Virus record (IMG/VR): IMGVR_UViG_2541047857_000009
DNA from: a virus
Lineage: Duplodnaviria > Heunggongvirae > Uroviricota > Caudoviricetes
Length of the DNA: 64,000 nt
Strand: one strand, 5' to 3'
Position numbers and translations under genes: made by a program
The notes under the pieces: generated by a model
Databases searched by the model: none
The model's input: the letters and a program-made list of their open reading frames with translations, nothing else
What the model was told of the DNA's origin: nothing
Shown: one piece after another, positions 48,459 to 57,885 of the stretch
Layout of the letters: each line of letters begins with the position of its first letter
Position numbering within the stretch: the stretch's first letter is position 1

Positions 48459-49097
48459 ATGAAAAAGTTAACAGTGGCGGCTTTGGCAGTAGCAACTCTT
48501 CTCTCTGGCAGTGCCTTTGCACATGAAGCCGGCGAATTTTTTATGCGTGCAGGTTCTGCAACCGTACGTCCAACAGAAGGTGCTGGTGGTACGTTAGGAA
48601 GTTTGGGTGGATTCAGCGTGACCAATAACACTCAACTGGGCCTGACGTTTACTTATATGGCGACCGACAACATTGGTGTGGAATTACTGGCAGCAACGCC
48701 GTTCCGCCATAAAATCGGCACCCGGGCGACCGGCGATATTGCAACCGTTCATCATCTGCCGCCAACACTGATGGCGCAGTGGTATTTTGGTGATGCCAGC
48801 AGCAAATTCCGTCCTTACGTTGGTGCAGGTATTAACTACACCACCTTCTTTGATAATGGATTTAACGATCATGGCAAAGAGGCGGGGCTTTCCGATCTCA
48901 GTCTGAAAGACTCTTGGGGAGCTGCCGGGCAGGTGGGGGTTGATTATCTGATTAACCGTGACTGGTTGGTTAACATGTCAGTGTGGTACATGGATATCGA
49001 TACCACGGCTAAGTACAAATCTGGTGTTACTACCGTAAAAGACTCGGTACGACTGGATCCGTGGGTGTTTATGTTCTCCGCAGGATATCGTTTTTAA
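48459..49097 (+). CDS. ompW: outer membrane protein W
   Basis: Signal peptide MKKLTVAALAVATLLSGSAFA, beta-barrel body, C-terminal GYRF. Confidence 0.85.
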   Translation: MKKLTVAALAVATLLSGSAFAHEAGEFFMRAGSATVRPTEGAGGTLGSLGGFSVTNNTQLGLTFTYMATDNIGVELLAATPFRHKIGTRATGDIATVHHLPPTLMAQWYFGDASSKFRPYVGAGINYTTFFDNGFNDHGKEAGLSDLSLKDSWGAAGQVGVDYLINRDWLVNMSVWYMDIDTTAKYKSGVTTVKDSVRLDPWVFMFSAGYRF

Positions 49098-49101
49098 TTT
49101 T

Positions 49102-49136
49102 CTCTGCAAAACCTCTGCAAAACCCCTCTGCAAAAC
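49102..49136. repeat. three direct 11-bp repeats CTCTGCAAAAC
   Basis: Copies at 49102, 49113, 49126 between ompW stop and int stop. Confidence 0.6.
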
Positions 49137-49162
49137 TGGTCATCAAATGACCAGTTTTTTCC
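49133..49162 (+). terminator. ompW terminator hairpin overlapping int stop codon (candidate attL core)
   Basis: Palindrome AAACTGGTCAT-CAA-ATGACCAGTTT plus T-tract; int stop codon lies inside it. Confidence 0.6.
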
Positions 49163-50273
49163 ATTCCTTACCGCGTGCGTCGTTGTAAATATCGGTCATT
49201 TTTTGATTCGAATGGCCCAGCAAAATTTTGGTATCAACCCCCTGCTCTCTGAACAATCGCTCTGATAAAGATCTCTGCTCATGGAAAGAGGGTGGGGTGC
49301 CATTAGCACGCCAGTTGTAATCCACAGAATCCCGGGCTTTTTTAAATGCAACGGTTAATGTTGCTGGCTTAACCATCCCGCCGCGCTTAGCTGTCCCTTT
49401 CGCGTGATGGTGGTGCAATAGCCACGGACTAAGAACGCAATCGCGGCAGGATGACACCACATCATCTAGGGTGAGATTTAATTTATCGCAACGCAGAGCC
49501 AGAGGGATGGCAATCCGGGTTCCTGTTTTTTGCTGTTCGACATGAAGATAACCATCCCGGATATCCGAAAATTGCATTTTGCAAATATCTGAAAGGCGCT
49601 GGCCTGTCATCAGTGCCAGCAGCATACCGCGCTGTAAAAAGTAACCATCCTTTTCCGCTGCGTTATAAATCATCATCCACTCATCAAAAGTCAGTCGCTG
49701 TCTTGATATCCGCACCTGCGGTTTTTTTGCCGATTCTGCAGGGTTAAAGCCTGGCGGGACATCGCCCGTTTGCTGAGCTTCCCGGAAAACATCGATCAGT
49801 ACTTTCCTGAAAATTTGTCCCATTCTGTTATGTCCTCTGGCCTTGTACTCTTCCAGTACTGATACCACATCTTTTACGGTTATGGCATCTAACGGTCTGG
49901 TGCCAAAACGTTCATCAAATACCCTGAGAGGGGCCGCTTTCTGTTTCAGCGTGTTGAGTTTGATCTCGCCGTTTTCATATCTTTCCTGTTGAATTTTTCT
50001 GTAATTATTCAGAAAAATGGTAACGGTTGATGAACCGCCGGTGTCACTAATAATTTTCTCCTGCAGACTGAGCATTTGTTCCATTTGCTGCCGGGCAAGA
50101 CGGCTGTTCGCTTCTGCTGCAATAGTTTCTGCCAGTTTCTGGTCAATACTGCCGAGACCGTGATTTTTGCCTGTTATGGGATGCCTGTAACGCCAGTAAA
50201 CTTTGTTATTTCTTTTGTCAAAATACGGAGATAATCCCGGAACATCGGTTTTATATTTTCGCGGGCGCGCCAT
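49143..50273 (-). CDS. int: tyrosine integrase
   Basis: 376 aa; C-terminal catalytic region with LLGHSNQKMTDIY tyrosine motif. Confidence 0.8.
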   Translation of the reverse strand: MARPRKYKTDVPGLSPYFDKRNNKVYWRYRHPITGKNHGLGSIDQKLAETIAAEANSRLARQQMEQMLSLQEKIISDTGGSSTVTIFLNNYRKIQQERYENGEIKLNTLKQKAAPLRVFDERFGTRPLDAITVKDVVSVLEEYKARGHNRMGQIFRKVLIDVFREAQQTGDVPPGFNPAESAKKPQVRISRQRLTFDEWMMIYNAAEKDGYFLQRGMLLALMTGQRLSDICKMQFSDIRDGYLHVEQQKTGTRIAIPLALRCDKLNLTLDDVVSSCRDCVLSPWLLHHHHAKGTAKRGGMVKPATLTVAFKKARDSVDYNWRANGTPPSFHEQRSLSERLFREQGVDTKILLGHSNQKMTDIYNDARGKEWKKLVI

Positions 50274-50499
50274 CTTCCAGTATCCTCTTCAAAGCAGGGT
50301 GATCTGTGGCGATCACCTCCGGCTTGTTTACCATTCCGACAAAGCGAGCTTGCGGATCCACTCGCCAGCGTCTTCCAACTTTTTTGGGGAGAGGAAATAT
50401 CATTCCGGCTTTAGCGTATTTACTTAACGTACTCGGGGTAGGGACCGGTTCACTGAATTCCTCCTTTGCCCACTCAGTGAGCAGAATAAGTCTTGCCAT
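50251..50499 (-). CDS. xis: excisionase-like protein
   Basis: 82-aa ORF overlapping int start, upstream in same operon. Confidence 0.5.
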   Translation of the reverse strand: MARLILLTEWAKEEFSEPVPTPSTLSKYAKAGMIFPLPKKVGRRWRVDPQARFVGMVNKPEVIATDHPALKRILEDGAPAKI

Positions 50500-50563
50500 G
50501 AGCGTCGTTCGCTAATCATGGTCGCCGCCACTATAGCTGGTGGGCAACGACCGGGGTTGAACA

Positions 50564-53035
50564 TTAAAAATCAGCCTGATTTGGGATCAGTTTTTGCCAG
50601 ATAGCTGAAACGTATTTTGCCTGGTAACGGGCGTCATCAAGTGCATTATGGCGCTCACCTTCGAATGGAATAGCCGTTCTGGCATCGAAGTCTATGGCTT
50701 TCCCCAGCTCAACGATTGTGCGTACATCGCGATCGTTGTAGTAACGCCACGGGCAGGGGATCCCCTGCCGTTCGTATGAACGGCGCAAAATCGTGTTGTC
50801 GAAGTTGGCTCCATTTCCCCAAACCTGAACAAAAAATTCACCGGAGTTTTCGTCGATAAATTCCCGCAATTGTAACAGTGCATCATCTAACGGGATTTCA
50901 TCGGTCATAATGGCAGATTGCGCTTCGCGTGATTGCTTAAGCCACCATTTAATGGTGTCCCGATCAATGACTCCGCCAGCAGTTTCCAGATCGATAGTCT
51001 TACTAAATTCCGGTCCCATATCTCCGGTTTGCGGATCGAAAAATATTGCACCTATTGAGATGATCGGGGCATCAGGATTTTTTCCCATGGTTTCAAGGTC
51101 GATCATTAGATGGTCACACGTCCTGCTGGTGGATGTGATTTCGTGATGACCGTTCACCTTAATTGGGTGATCTGCCGTCTCGCCAGTTTCATTATCGCTA
51201 TTGTGATGCTGATTGCCGCCAGTGTTCTCCTTGTGTGGATGTTCAGCGCCTTCCATTTCCTCCGGATCATCTTCCTGAACTTCAACCTGATACTCTTCAT
51301 CGAATGTTTCTTGGTATGTTGCGTCGCCCATCACCGCGCCACAATCAGGACAGTTGCCGCCGCCGGTCTGACCGCAGGCGGTGCAGGCTTTTTCCACTTC
51401 CTGGTGCGCCACTGGTTCAGGCTGTTTCGTTTCTGGCTCGTTTTGTAACGCATTTGGACTGTTTTGTTCCGCTTTTTGGTAGTTCCGTTCCGATTCATGC
51501 TGGTTCTGGCTCACAGAATCGCGGGTCTGGATCCCCTTAATCCATTTCGGATCATTCGGGTCACTAATCCCTTCAACAAATTCACCACGTGATGCAGCAA
51601 GCAACTTATCGGCGTCAGGCTGGCTGATATTGGCTGCCTGCATAATTTTGTTTACTTCGTCAGCGGTAACTTTTATCGGCTCTGGTTGTTCTGAATCTTC
51701 AGCGGTATCTACATTTTGCGGTAAGCCCGTGTATGTGCCATTTTTTCGGGCAAAATATTCTTCTTTTGTGATTTCAGTGGCGCCAGCAGCCAGTGCCTTA
51801 TCCAGACCAGAAAGTTTGTTTGCGCGACCGTATTTTTCTCCGTCCTTATCTGCGAAGAGGAAATAGAACGGCCCCTCACGCTCTACAGATGGTTCAGCTT
51901 CCGGCGCGGTTTCATTTTTTGGGATATCAGATACCTCAGTTTCCACTGCATCAGTTTGTGTTTCTGATGACTGGAGAACATCAACAGTGCCCAGGTCTGT
52001 TTCTTCATTCTCAAACACGCCCTTTGTCGTCAGGTATTCGCAGATATATTTGTTCAGTGCTACGGGATCTTTGTGAATGTCGATCGGACGCTCACGGACA
52101 AGGCCAAAAATAGTTTGGCGGTCGTAGCGAAGGGCATCAGGCTGTTTGCGCATTGATGCCGAGATACGCTTCCAGTCTTCGCGGTCGTTGTCGATAACTT
52201 CTTTTTTTGCCCAGCGATGGATGCTGCCGTCAATGTTTCCGGCATCCACATCACCAGGCCAGAGAGCGTAGGCCAGTTCGTCATCCAGTGTTTTCCATGT
52301 CTGCTTGTATTCGCGATGAATGGCAGCAATGACCGGGCTGATTTTTCCTGTTGAATTTTCAGTGTACTGTTGATTGGCTCTGGCGCGGGCGAGATCAACA
52401 ACAGACGTGTATTTTCCGGTTTCCTTGCGTTCACCTTCGCGACGTTTTTTCCAGATGCGCATCTCTGCCTGAATTTCGGGCCATTTAGCACCAGGAATAC
52501 ATTTATGCTTAACCCACCCAATGGCGTGCAACTTAAGCTCCGGATACATGGCGTTAACTTCTGGCATTTTCATCAACGCTTCAACGATATGTCCGTCGAA
52601 TGTTGCCATGTCTTCCTGCAACAATTCCTGTGCGCTAATAACCATATCAACGGTGATGTTTTCACATGTGTCGAACTTAACCATGACAGCGTTCTGTACT
52701 TCAGGGGCCAGCTTGTCAAAAGTGACGTTCATCGGATCGGATTCAGTCTCGACCGGAACAAAGGAAGCAGACGCCTCATCCCAGCGGTTTTCCTGCATAT
52801 ATTCAGCATCCCAGGAATCGAGGGCAGGGCGGGGTATACCGGGTTTATCCTCGCAAACAAGAAATTTATAAGCGCAGTCCTGAGCAGCCGGATAATGTTC
52901 CAGGAATTGCCAGTGAAATTTTGCGCGGGCGCGACGTTCATCACCGGCTTCAATGGCAGTGGCTACAGCGACGGCACCTTCTTCCTTTATTGCCTGTTCG
53001 TCCGGAATGGCGGCGCAAATAAAGACTTTACTCAT
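50564..53035 (-). CDS. large exonuclease with C-terminal DEDDh (DnaQ-like) 3'-5' domain
   Basis: 823 aa; MIDLETMG, VWGNGANFD and HNALDDARYQ motifs; internal CTACG..CPDCG zinc-ribbon-like pair. Confidence 0.6.
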   Translation of the reverse strand: MSKVFICAAIPDEQAIKEEGAVAVATAIEAGDERRARAKFHWQFLEHYPAAQDCAYKFLVCEDKPGIPRPALDSWDAEYMQENRWDEASASFVPVETESDPMNVTFDKLAPEVQNAVMVKFDTCENITVDMVISAQELLQEDMATFDGHIVEALMKMPEVNAMYPELKLHAIGWVKHKCIPGAKWPEIQAEMRIWKKRREGERKETGKYTSVVDLARARANQQYTENSTGKISPVIAAIHREYKQTWKTLDDELAYALWPGDVDAGNIDGSIHRWAKKEVIDNDREDWKRISASMRKQPDALRYDRQTIFGLVRERPIDIHKDPVALNKYICEYLTTKGVFENEETDLGTVDVLQSSETQTDAVETEVSDIPKNETAPEAEPSVEREGPFYFLFADKDGEKYGRANKLSGLDKALAAGATEITKEEYFARKNGTYTGLPQNVDTAEDSEQPEPIKVTADEVNKIMQAANISQPDADKLLAASRGEFVEGISDPNDPKWIKGIQTRDSVSQNQHESERNYQKAEQNSPNALQNEPETKQPEPVAHQEVEKACTACGQTGGGNCPDCGAVMGDATYQETFDEEYQVEVQEDDPEEMEGAEHPHKENTGGNQHHNSDNETGETADHPIKVNGHHEITSTSRTCDHLMIDLETMGKNPDAPIISIGAIFFDPQTGDMGPEFSKTIDLETAGGVIDRDTIKWWLKQSREAQSAIMTDEIPLDDALLQLREFIDENSGEFFVQVWGNGANFDNTILRRSYERQGIPCPWRYYNDRDVRTIVELGKAIDFDARTAIPFEGERHNALDDARYQAKYVSAIWQKLIPNQADF

Positions 53036-53127
53036 TTTGTTTTACCTCATTACAGATTTAAGGGTGAACAAATCCCTGCCATTGCTGGCATATAAGAATG
53101 AAATCGGATGTTTATTACGGAACTGTT

Positions 53128-53319
53128 TTAAAGACCTGCCGGGATTTCGTTATTATCCTGGTGAATAACTTTATCGACCGGGTAACAGTTACCGGGAATT
53201 TTCTGTTCGGTTGCTGCAGTCACACACTCCTGCATTGTCCTGTGAACACTGACTGCAGTATCAACTGGCTCTCCGGAAACAAGAAAAACTGTCAGAACAA
53301 GTGCAAATGCTGTATTCAT
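53128..53319 (-). CDS. ydfD: YdfD-like small secreted/membrane protein
   Basis: 63 aa from internal Met; signal-like N-terminus; ATGA-coupled to dicB. Confidence 0.45.
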   Translation of the reverse strand: MNTAFALVLTVFLVSGEPVDTAVSVHRTMQECVTAATEQKIPGNCYPVDKVIHQDNNEIPAGL

Positions 53320-53504
53320 TGCCAGCATCCTTTTTGTATCGGACGTAAACGGGCCAACATTGAAAGAATGCATATTTTATTTAATAGCTCCCGTTCGTGT
53401 TTTCTCTTGTTAATGGCATCTTCAGTAAATACAGGGTTACTGATAGTGACACCAATTTCAAAACAACCTTCAGACGTATTAACGTTTGGTAATAACGTTT
53501 CCAT
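53316..53504 (-). CDS. dicB: DicB cell-division inhibitor
   Basis: 62 aa; METLLPNVNTSEGCFEIGVTISNPVFTEDAINKRK near-identical to K-12 DicB as recalled; GAGGA RBS. Confidence 0.7.
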   Translation of the reverse strand: METLLPNVNTSEGCFEIGVTISNPVFTEDAINKRKHERELLNKICILSMLARLRPIQKGCWQ

Positions 53505-53673
53505 TATCGCGTCCTCAACAATGAATTTTGTGATGCGGTGCCTGGTGCTTCCAGGTGACGTTAACCAGTTAACAATTAACGCCGGATACAGAGAATCCAC
53601 CCATAACACTGTTTTTGGTTTTAACTGTTCCGCGTGCGCTTAGCCGCATTCACCGCATCACAAAATTCACTTT

Positions 53674-53731
53674 AAAAAGGGCGGCAGAGCAGTCACGGAG
53701 TAAAACTGATACCGCCAAACGTCACCAGAAA
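53674..53731 (-). ncRNA. dicF: DicF small RNA
   Basis: Minus strand reads UUUCUGGUGACGUUUGGCGGUAUCAG...CUGCCGCCCUUUUU, matching DicF as recalled. Confidence 0.55.
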
Positions 53732-54069
53732 ATTGATAACAGAGGGCGTTGCAGCGGGGTTGTCACTTAAGCGTATGGTCAACCTGACAACCCGGTGTCC
53801 TCAACGGTGGAAGGAATAACCCCGCCATACTTACCGCCGCGCCATTTCGCGGATTGCCACAACCGGAAGCGCACGGTCGACGAAAATTTAACGACAGGCT
53901 ATCTATGAACCAGCTACCTCGCCGTGCGCTTTCGCGTTATGGTCTGACTTTTCAGGGAAATATCCTTTCAGTAAACTGTCAGTGCCGGATGCTCACCCGT
54001 GTCCGGCGCACGCACTCCACCTCACCCGTGGAGAACTCCTTAATTACCAACCTTAGCTTCGTTGGTTAG

Positions 54070-54291
54070 CTATTCACGCGGGTATGTAATCATTCTGGCA
54101 ATGCTTAATGCCGCTGCTTTTTCCAGATTGGTGATATCCTGCTCCAGAGCGGACAGATTTTCAGCCTGCTTAGCCCTGGCTTCATTGGCCCATTTCAAAT
54201 CCTGCGCTGCATTAATTTTCTGGCGCATCCACTCATAAAGTTCATCATTGGTATAGTCTGGCGCGATGATGACGGGTTCTCGTTTCTGCAT
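54070..54291 (-). CDS. ydfC: YdfC-like protein
   Basis: 73-aa ORF in ydfC position. Confidence 0.45.
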   Translation of the reverse strand: MQKREPVIIAPDYTNDELYEWMRQKINAAQDLKWANEARAKQAENLSALEQDITNLEKAAALSIARMITYPRE

Positions 54292-54320
54292 ACTGATTCC
54301 TCGCGGTGCTGCTTCGCTTA

Positions 54321-54449
54321 TCAGCCGTTAGATTTTGCCGAGCTGGAAAGCGCCTGTTTAAACTCACTGAAGCTGAGAGCTTCTTCGCCTTCGGCAAGGC
54401 CTTCGAAGTATTCTTCGTAAGCCTTTTCCATGATTGTGTCGAAATCCAT
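54321..54449 (-). CDS. ydfB: YdfB-like small protein
   Basis: 42-aa ORF (MDFDTIMEKAYEEYFEGLAEGEE...) found by manual translation. Confidence 0.4.
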   Translation of the reverse strand: MDFDTIMEKAYEEYFEGLAEGEEALSFSEFKQALSSSAKSNG

Positions 54450-54450
54450 A

Positions 54451-54609
54451 TCACTCACCTGAGTTTCTTTCCAGCCAGCGACGGGCACCATTTTCGGTTT
54501 TAAACGTTTTGCTTTTGGTATACGTCATCGCGGTGAACGTACCGTCCTGGTTGGGGAACACGCCACATACCAGAGATTCGCTGTTGCCAAGATCGATAGT
54601 ATCCATGCT
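54451..54609 (-). CDS. ydfA: YdfA-like small protein
   Basis: 51 aa from internal Met (MDTIDLGNSESLVCGVFPNQDG...). Confidence 0.45.
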   Translation of the reverse strand, partial: SMDTIDLGNSESLVCGVFPNQDGTFTAMTYTKSKTFKTENGARRWLERNSGE

Positions 54610-54898
54610 GACCTCATTTCCCCTTAACGCCGGGGTAGCGGAACAAAAACCTGCTGCATAGTTATTAAAGTTGAACCCTGCCGTCATGTTCTTACGCCTC
54701 GGGCTGGCTACTTAACCCCTGACCACTGCCTGGTAACTAGAAGTATTGCCCTGCATTCTGTGGGGTGGGGAGAGGGAATGAATTAAGTTTAGAAAAATGA
54801 ACTTTTCAGGTCAATGTTTTTTTATCAAAACATTTTAAGCAGGCAGCTGTTAAGCCATCACCACGATGGCATACAGTTAATCAAATAGATGAGGTCGG

Positions 54899-55537
54899 TT
54901 AAATATTTTGTTGAATTTTAAAGCATACGCCCAATATGCAAGATAGATCATCCAGCATAATTGAAGGGTAGCGAGGATTCGTGGGGACTAAAAGAATATC
55001 CGGCCCTTCTATCTCCAGTTTACGAATGACAGGTGTTGTGGTCCCTTTGGGTAAGGCAAGGACAATATTTCCTGGTTGTACGGTTCGATCGGGATCAACA
55101 AAAACTGTTGAACCATTTGGGATGGAAACTCCCCCACCAGATGTTGACATACTGTCACTCTCTAGAACAACTGCAAAGGTATTGGCCGGGATTTCTCCGA
55201 CAAGCTGCACACAAGAGGTTATTGAGGAATTTTTCATATAATCACTCCAGCTTGCTGCCTGCTGAAGTGATAGTAGCGGAACCGTTTTTATCGGCGGTAA
55301 AGATAGATCAAGCGAATCACCTGTATTTAACTCTCCTCCATTAAGAAGCCAATTTTCGTTTACTTTCAATATTTTTGCCAGTGAACTTATGTAACGCGAG
55401 GACGGCGCTCCTCCACCGTTCATCCATTGACTTACGGAGCCTTTTGATGCGCCAGTGGCATTGACAAGGTCTTTGCCTTTCAGGTTTAGCGCATGCATAC
55501 GTTGGGTTATGCGTTCAGATATTGTTTGCTTGTTCAT
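54899..55537 (-). CDS. cI-like repressor (HTH + S24 peptidase)
   Basis: 212 aa; N-terminal HTH; C-terminal peptidase domain with ESDSM serine motif. Confidence 0.75.
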   Translation of the reverse strand: MNKQTISERITQRMHALNLKGKDLVNATGASKGSVSQWMNGGGAPSSRYISSLAKILKVNENWLLNGGELNTGDSLDLSLPPIKTVPLLSLQQAASWSDYMKNSSITSCVQLVGEIPANTFAVVLESDSMSTSGGGVSIPNGSTVFVDPDRTVQPGNIVLALPKGTTTPVIRKLEIEGPDILLVPTNPRYPSIMLDDLSCILGVCFKIQQNI

Positions 55538-55628
55538 GTTTTGATTTTAAAACACAGATGGTTTTGTTTCTTGACTTTCTTTGGTTTTGATTATTAAACT
55601 TTTGGCGTTCAGTTTTATGGAGCGACTC

Positions 55629-55871
55629 ATGAAAAAATCAGAAGTATTAGGCTATTTTGGCGGAGTTGTTAAAACAGCCGCAGCTCTAGGAACGTCAAAA
55701 ACCACAGTCAGCATGTGGGGGGAAGAGGTTCCGTGGAAATGGGCGTTGCTAATTCAGGCAGTCACTGCCGGGGCGCTCAAATATGAGTTACACATACCGA
55801 CGGTTGTCATTCCCGGTTCTGATCATAATCCGCCTTCTAACCAAGGGGGGATTCATGAAAATCAAGCATGA
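55629..55871 (+). CDS. Cro/YdaS-like HTH regulator
   Basis: 80 aa divergent from cI; GGAG RBS; HTH GTSKTTVSMW. Confidence 0.55.
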   Translation: MKKSEVLGYFGGVVKTAAALGTSKTTVSMWGEEVPWKWALLIQAVTAGALKYELHIPTVVIPGSDHNPPSNQGGIHENQA

Positions 55872-56280
55872 ACACATCCGCATGGCGATGAATGCCTGGG
55901 CGCGTCCTGATGGCGAAAAAGTTCCGGCAGCTGGAATAACCCAGGCTTATTTTGAGTTGGGTATGACGTTTCCTGAACTGTACGACGACAGCCATCCGGA
56001 AGCCCTGGCTCGCAATACCCAGAAAATTTTCCGCTGGATAGAGAAAGACACCCCTGATGCAGTTGAAAAAATTCAGGCGTTGTTACCAGCGATCGAAAAG
56101 GCAATGCCACCTTTGCTGGTGGCCAGAATGCGCAGCCACAGTTCAGCTTATTTTCGGGAGCTGGTGGAGACGCGGGAGCGACTGGTGAGAGACGCTGATG
56201 ATTTTGTCGCAGTGGCAATCGCCGGTTTCAATCAGATGAACCGTGGTGGCCCGGCAGGAAATGCTGTGGCAGTACATTGA
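55855..56280 (+). CDS. ydaT: YdaT-like protein
   Basis: 141 aa starting MKIKHEHI as in Rac YdaT as recalled. Confidence 0.5.
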   Translation: MKIKHEHIRMAMNAWARPDGEKVPAAGITQAYFELGMTFPELYDDSHPEALARNTQKIFRWIEKDTPDAVEKIQALLPAIEKAMPPLLVARMRSHSSAYFRELVETRERLVRDADDFVAVAIAGFNQMNRGGPAGNAVAVH

Positions 56281-56351
56281 CTGACAATAGCCATATCGAA
56301 TCGCTTCCGGCAACTCGTGAGTAAAAAGATTCGGTATCAGAAGAGGTGAGT

Positions 56352-57422
56352 ATGGCTAACGCCTGGCTCAGATTATGGCATGACATGCCAAATGACCCTA
56401 AGTGGCGAACAATTGCCAGGGTGTCAGGGCAGCCAATTGCAACAGTGATGGCAGTGTATATCCACCTCCTGGTGAGCGCGTCACGAAATGTCACGCGAGG
56501 TCACATTGATGTCACGACAGAAGATTTGGCAAGTGCGCTCGACGTGACAGAAGAGGTAATTGATTCAATTTTGCAGACGATGCAGGGGCGGGTACTTGAT
56601 GGTGATTTAATCACTGGATGGGAAAAACGCCAGGTGCTTAAAGAGGACAACGGCAATATTTCGCAAACCGCAAAATCTCCTGCAGAGCGCAAGAGGGCGC
56701 AGCGAGAGAGGGAAAGAAAGCGGGAACAAAATGGCGATTGTCACGGCGCGTCACGAAATGTCACGCACATGTCACGACGAGTCACGACAGATAAAGATAC
56801 AGATAAAGATACAGATCAAGAAGATCAAAACACTATGGTCCATGGCGTAAAAAACGCCACGAACCAGGCAGGGGATGTTCAGACCGTCAATCTTGGTCAG
56901 CCAGCAGGCACGACACCGGAAGCCGATTCAGCGTATGCGCTGAAAGCCGATTCGGGCGCTGTGCAGCAGGTGATGACCGCAAGGCCGGAGCAATCACACC
57001 AACTGCAGCAGCCCGAAGCCGATTCCGCCATTCAGCGGGAAGCCGATCGGGTAGTCCCGGAAAACACCGGGCAGTCTGTGGGACGAGTGGATTATCCGGA
57101 TGTGTTCGAACAGGTCTGGCGGGAGTACCCGTTGCGTGCTGGGGCAAACCCGAAGAAATCCGCTTTCAGTGCCTGGAAGGCCAGATTACGCGAGGGGGTG
57201 CCACCAGAGGCCATGCTGGATGGCGTGAGGCGTTACGCAAGATACTTGGCGGCTACCGGGAAAACGGGAACGGAATTTGTTCAGCGAGCGACGACGTTTT
57301 TTGGACCGGACCGGAATTTTGAGAACCCCTGGTTGCTCCCGGTAAGCGGCACGAACAACCAGCGTTGTGTGAATCATATTTCTGAACCGGATAACGAAAT
57401 TCCGCCGGGCTTCAGGGGGTAA
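56352..57422 (+). CDS. YdaU-like replication protein (DUF1376) containing iterons
   Basis: N-terminus MANAWLRLWHDMPNDPKWRTIARVSG; GTCACG iterons inside gene. Confidence 0.55.
   Translation: MANAWLRLWHDMPNDPKWRTIARVSGQPIATVMAVYIHLLVSASRNVTRGHIDVTTEDLASALDVTEEVIDSILQTMQGRVLDGDLITGWEKRQVLKEDNGNISQTAKSPAERKRAQRERERKREQNGDCHGASRNVTHMSRRVTTDKDTDKDTDQEDQNTMVHGVKNATNQAGDVQTVNLGQPAGTTPEADSAYALKADSGAVQQVMTARPEQSHQLQQPEADSAIQREADRVVPENTGQSVGRVDYPDVFEQVWREYPLRAGANPKKSAFSAWKARLREGVPPEAMLDGVRRYARYLAATGKTGTEFVQRATTFFGPDRNFENPWLLPVSGTNNQRCVNHISEPDNEIPPGFRG
56480..56793. repeat. origin-like iterons: two clusters of GTCACG repeats at 10-11 bp spacing
   Basis: GTCAC at 56480, 56490, 56500, 56511 and 56748, 56758, 56768, 56779, 56789; followed by GATAAAGATACA x2. 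Confidence 0.55.
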
Positions 57423-57462
57423 GTGTTAATTTCTGGTCATGAGGTAATTTTCAGGAGGGCTT

Positions 57463-57885
57463 GTGGCAAAAGTTTTTACACAAGAAGAGCGGGAAAAAAT
57501 TAAAGGACAGGTTGTTGAACTCGTACGCCAGAGTGGGCGTGAGACGTTACGGCAACTGGAAGTCAAGACAGGTGCGACAAGATATCTGATGAGCGTTCTC
57601 GCAAGAGAGCTGGTTGCCAGCGGCGATGTATGCAACTCTGGTTACGGGTTATTCCCGTCTGAACAGGCGCGTAAGGACTGGCAAAATGCCAGTAAAAAGC
57701 TCTCAAGGGCAAAGCTGAAGAAACCATCTGCGGTTGATCCGGACCTTATCTGGTCATTACCTGACGGAGAAATACGTCGCTACGACAGGCGTCAGAACAT
57801 AATCTGTCGCGAGTGCCGGAAGAGTGAAGTTATGCAGCGCATATTGTCGTTTTATCAGGGTGATGTTCGGTATTTATTGAAGTGA
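57463..57885 (+). CDS. hypothetical protein
   Basis: 140-aa ORF, GTG start, CRECRK motif. Confidence 0.4.
   Translation: MAKVFTQEEREKIKGQVVELVRQSGRETLRQLEVKTGATRYLMSVLARELVASGDVCNSGYGLFPSEQARKDWQNASKKLSRAKLKKPSAVDPDLIWSLPDGEIRRYDRRQNIICRECRKSEVMQRILSFYQGDVRYLLK

Noticed and set aside
52370-53095. 241-aa plus-strand ORF antisense to the exonuclease gene
   Set aside because: Shadow ORF overlapping a strongly supported minus-strand gene
54245-54454. 69-aa minus-strand ORF from the track between ydfA and ydfC
   Set aside because: A different frame gives a 42-aa ORF matching YdfB length and context; the 69-aa ORF is basic and low-complexity and overlaps it
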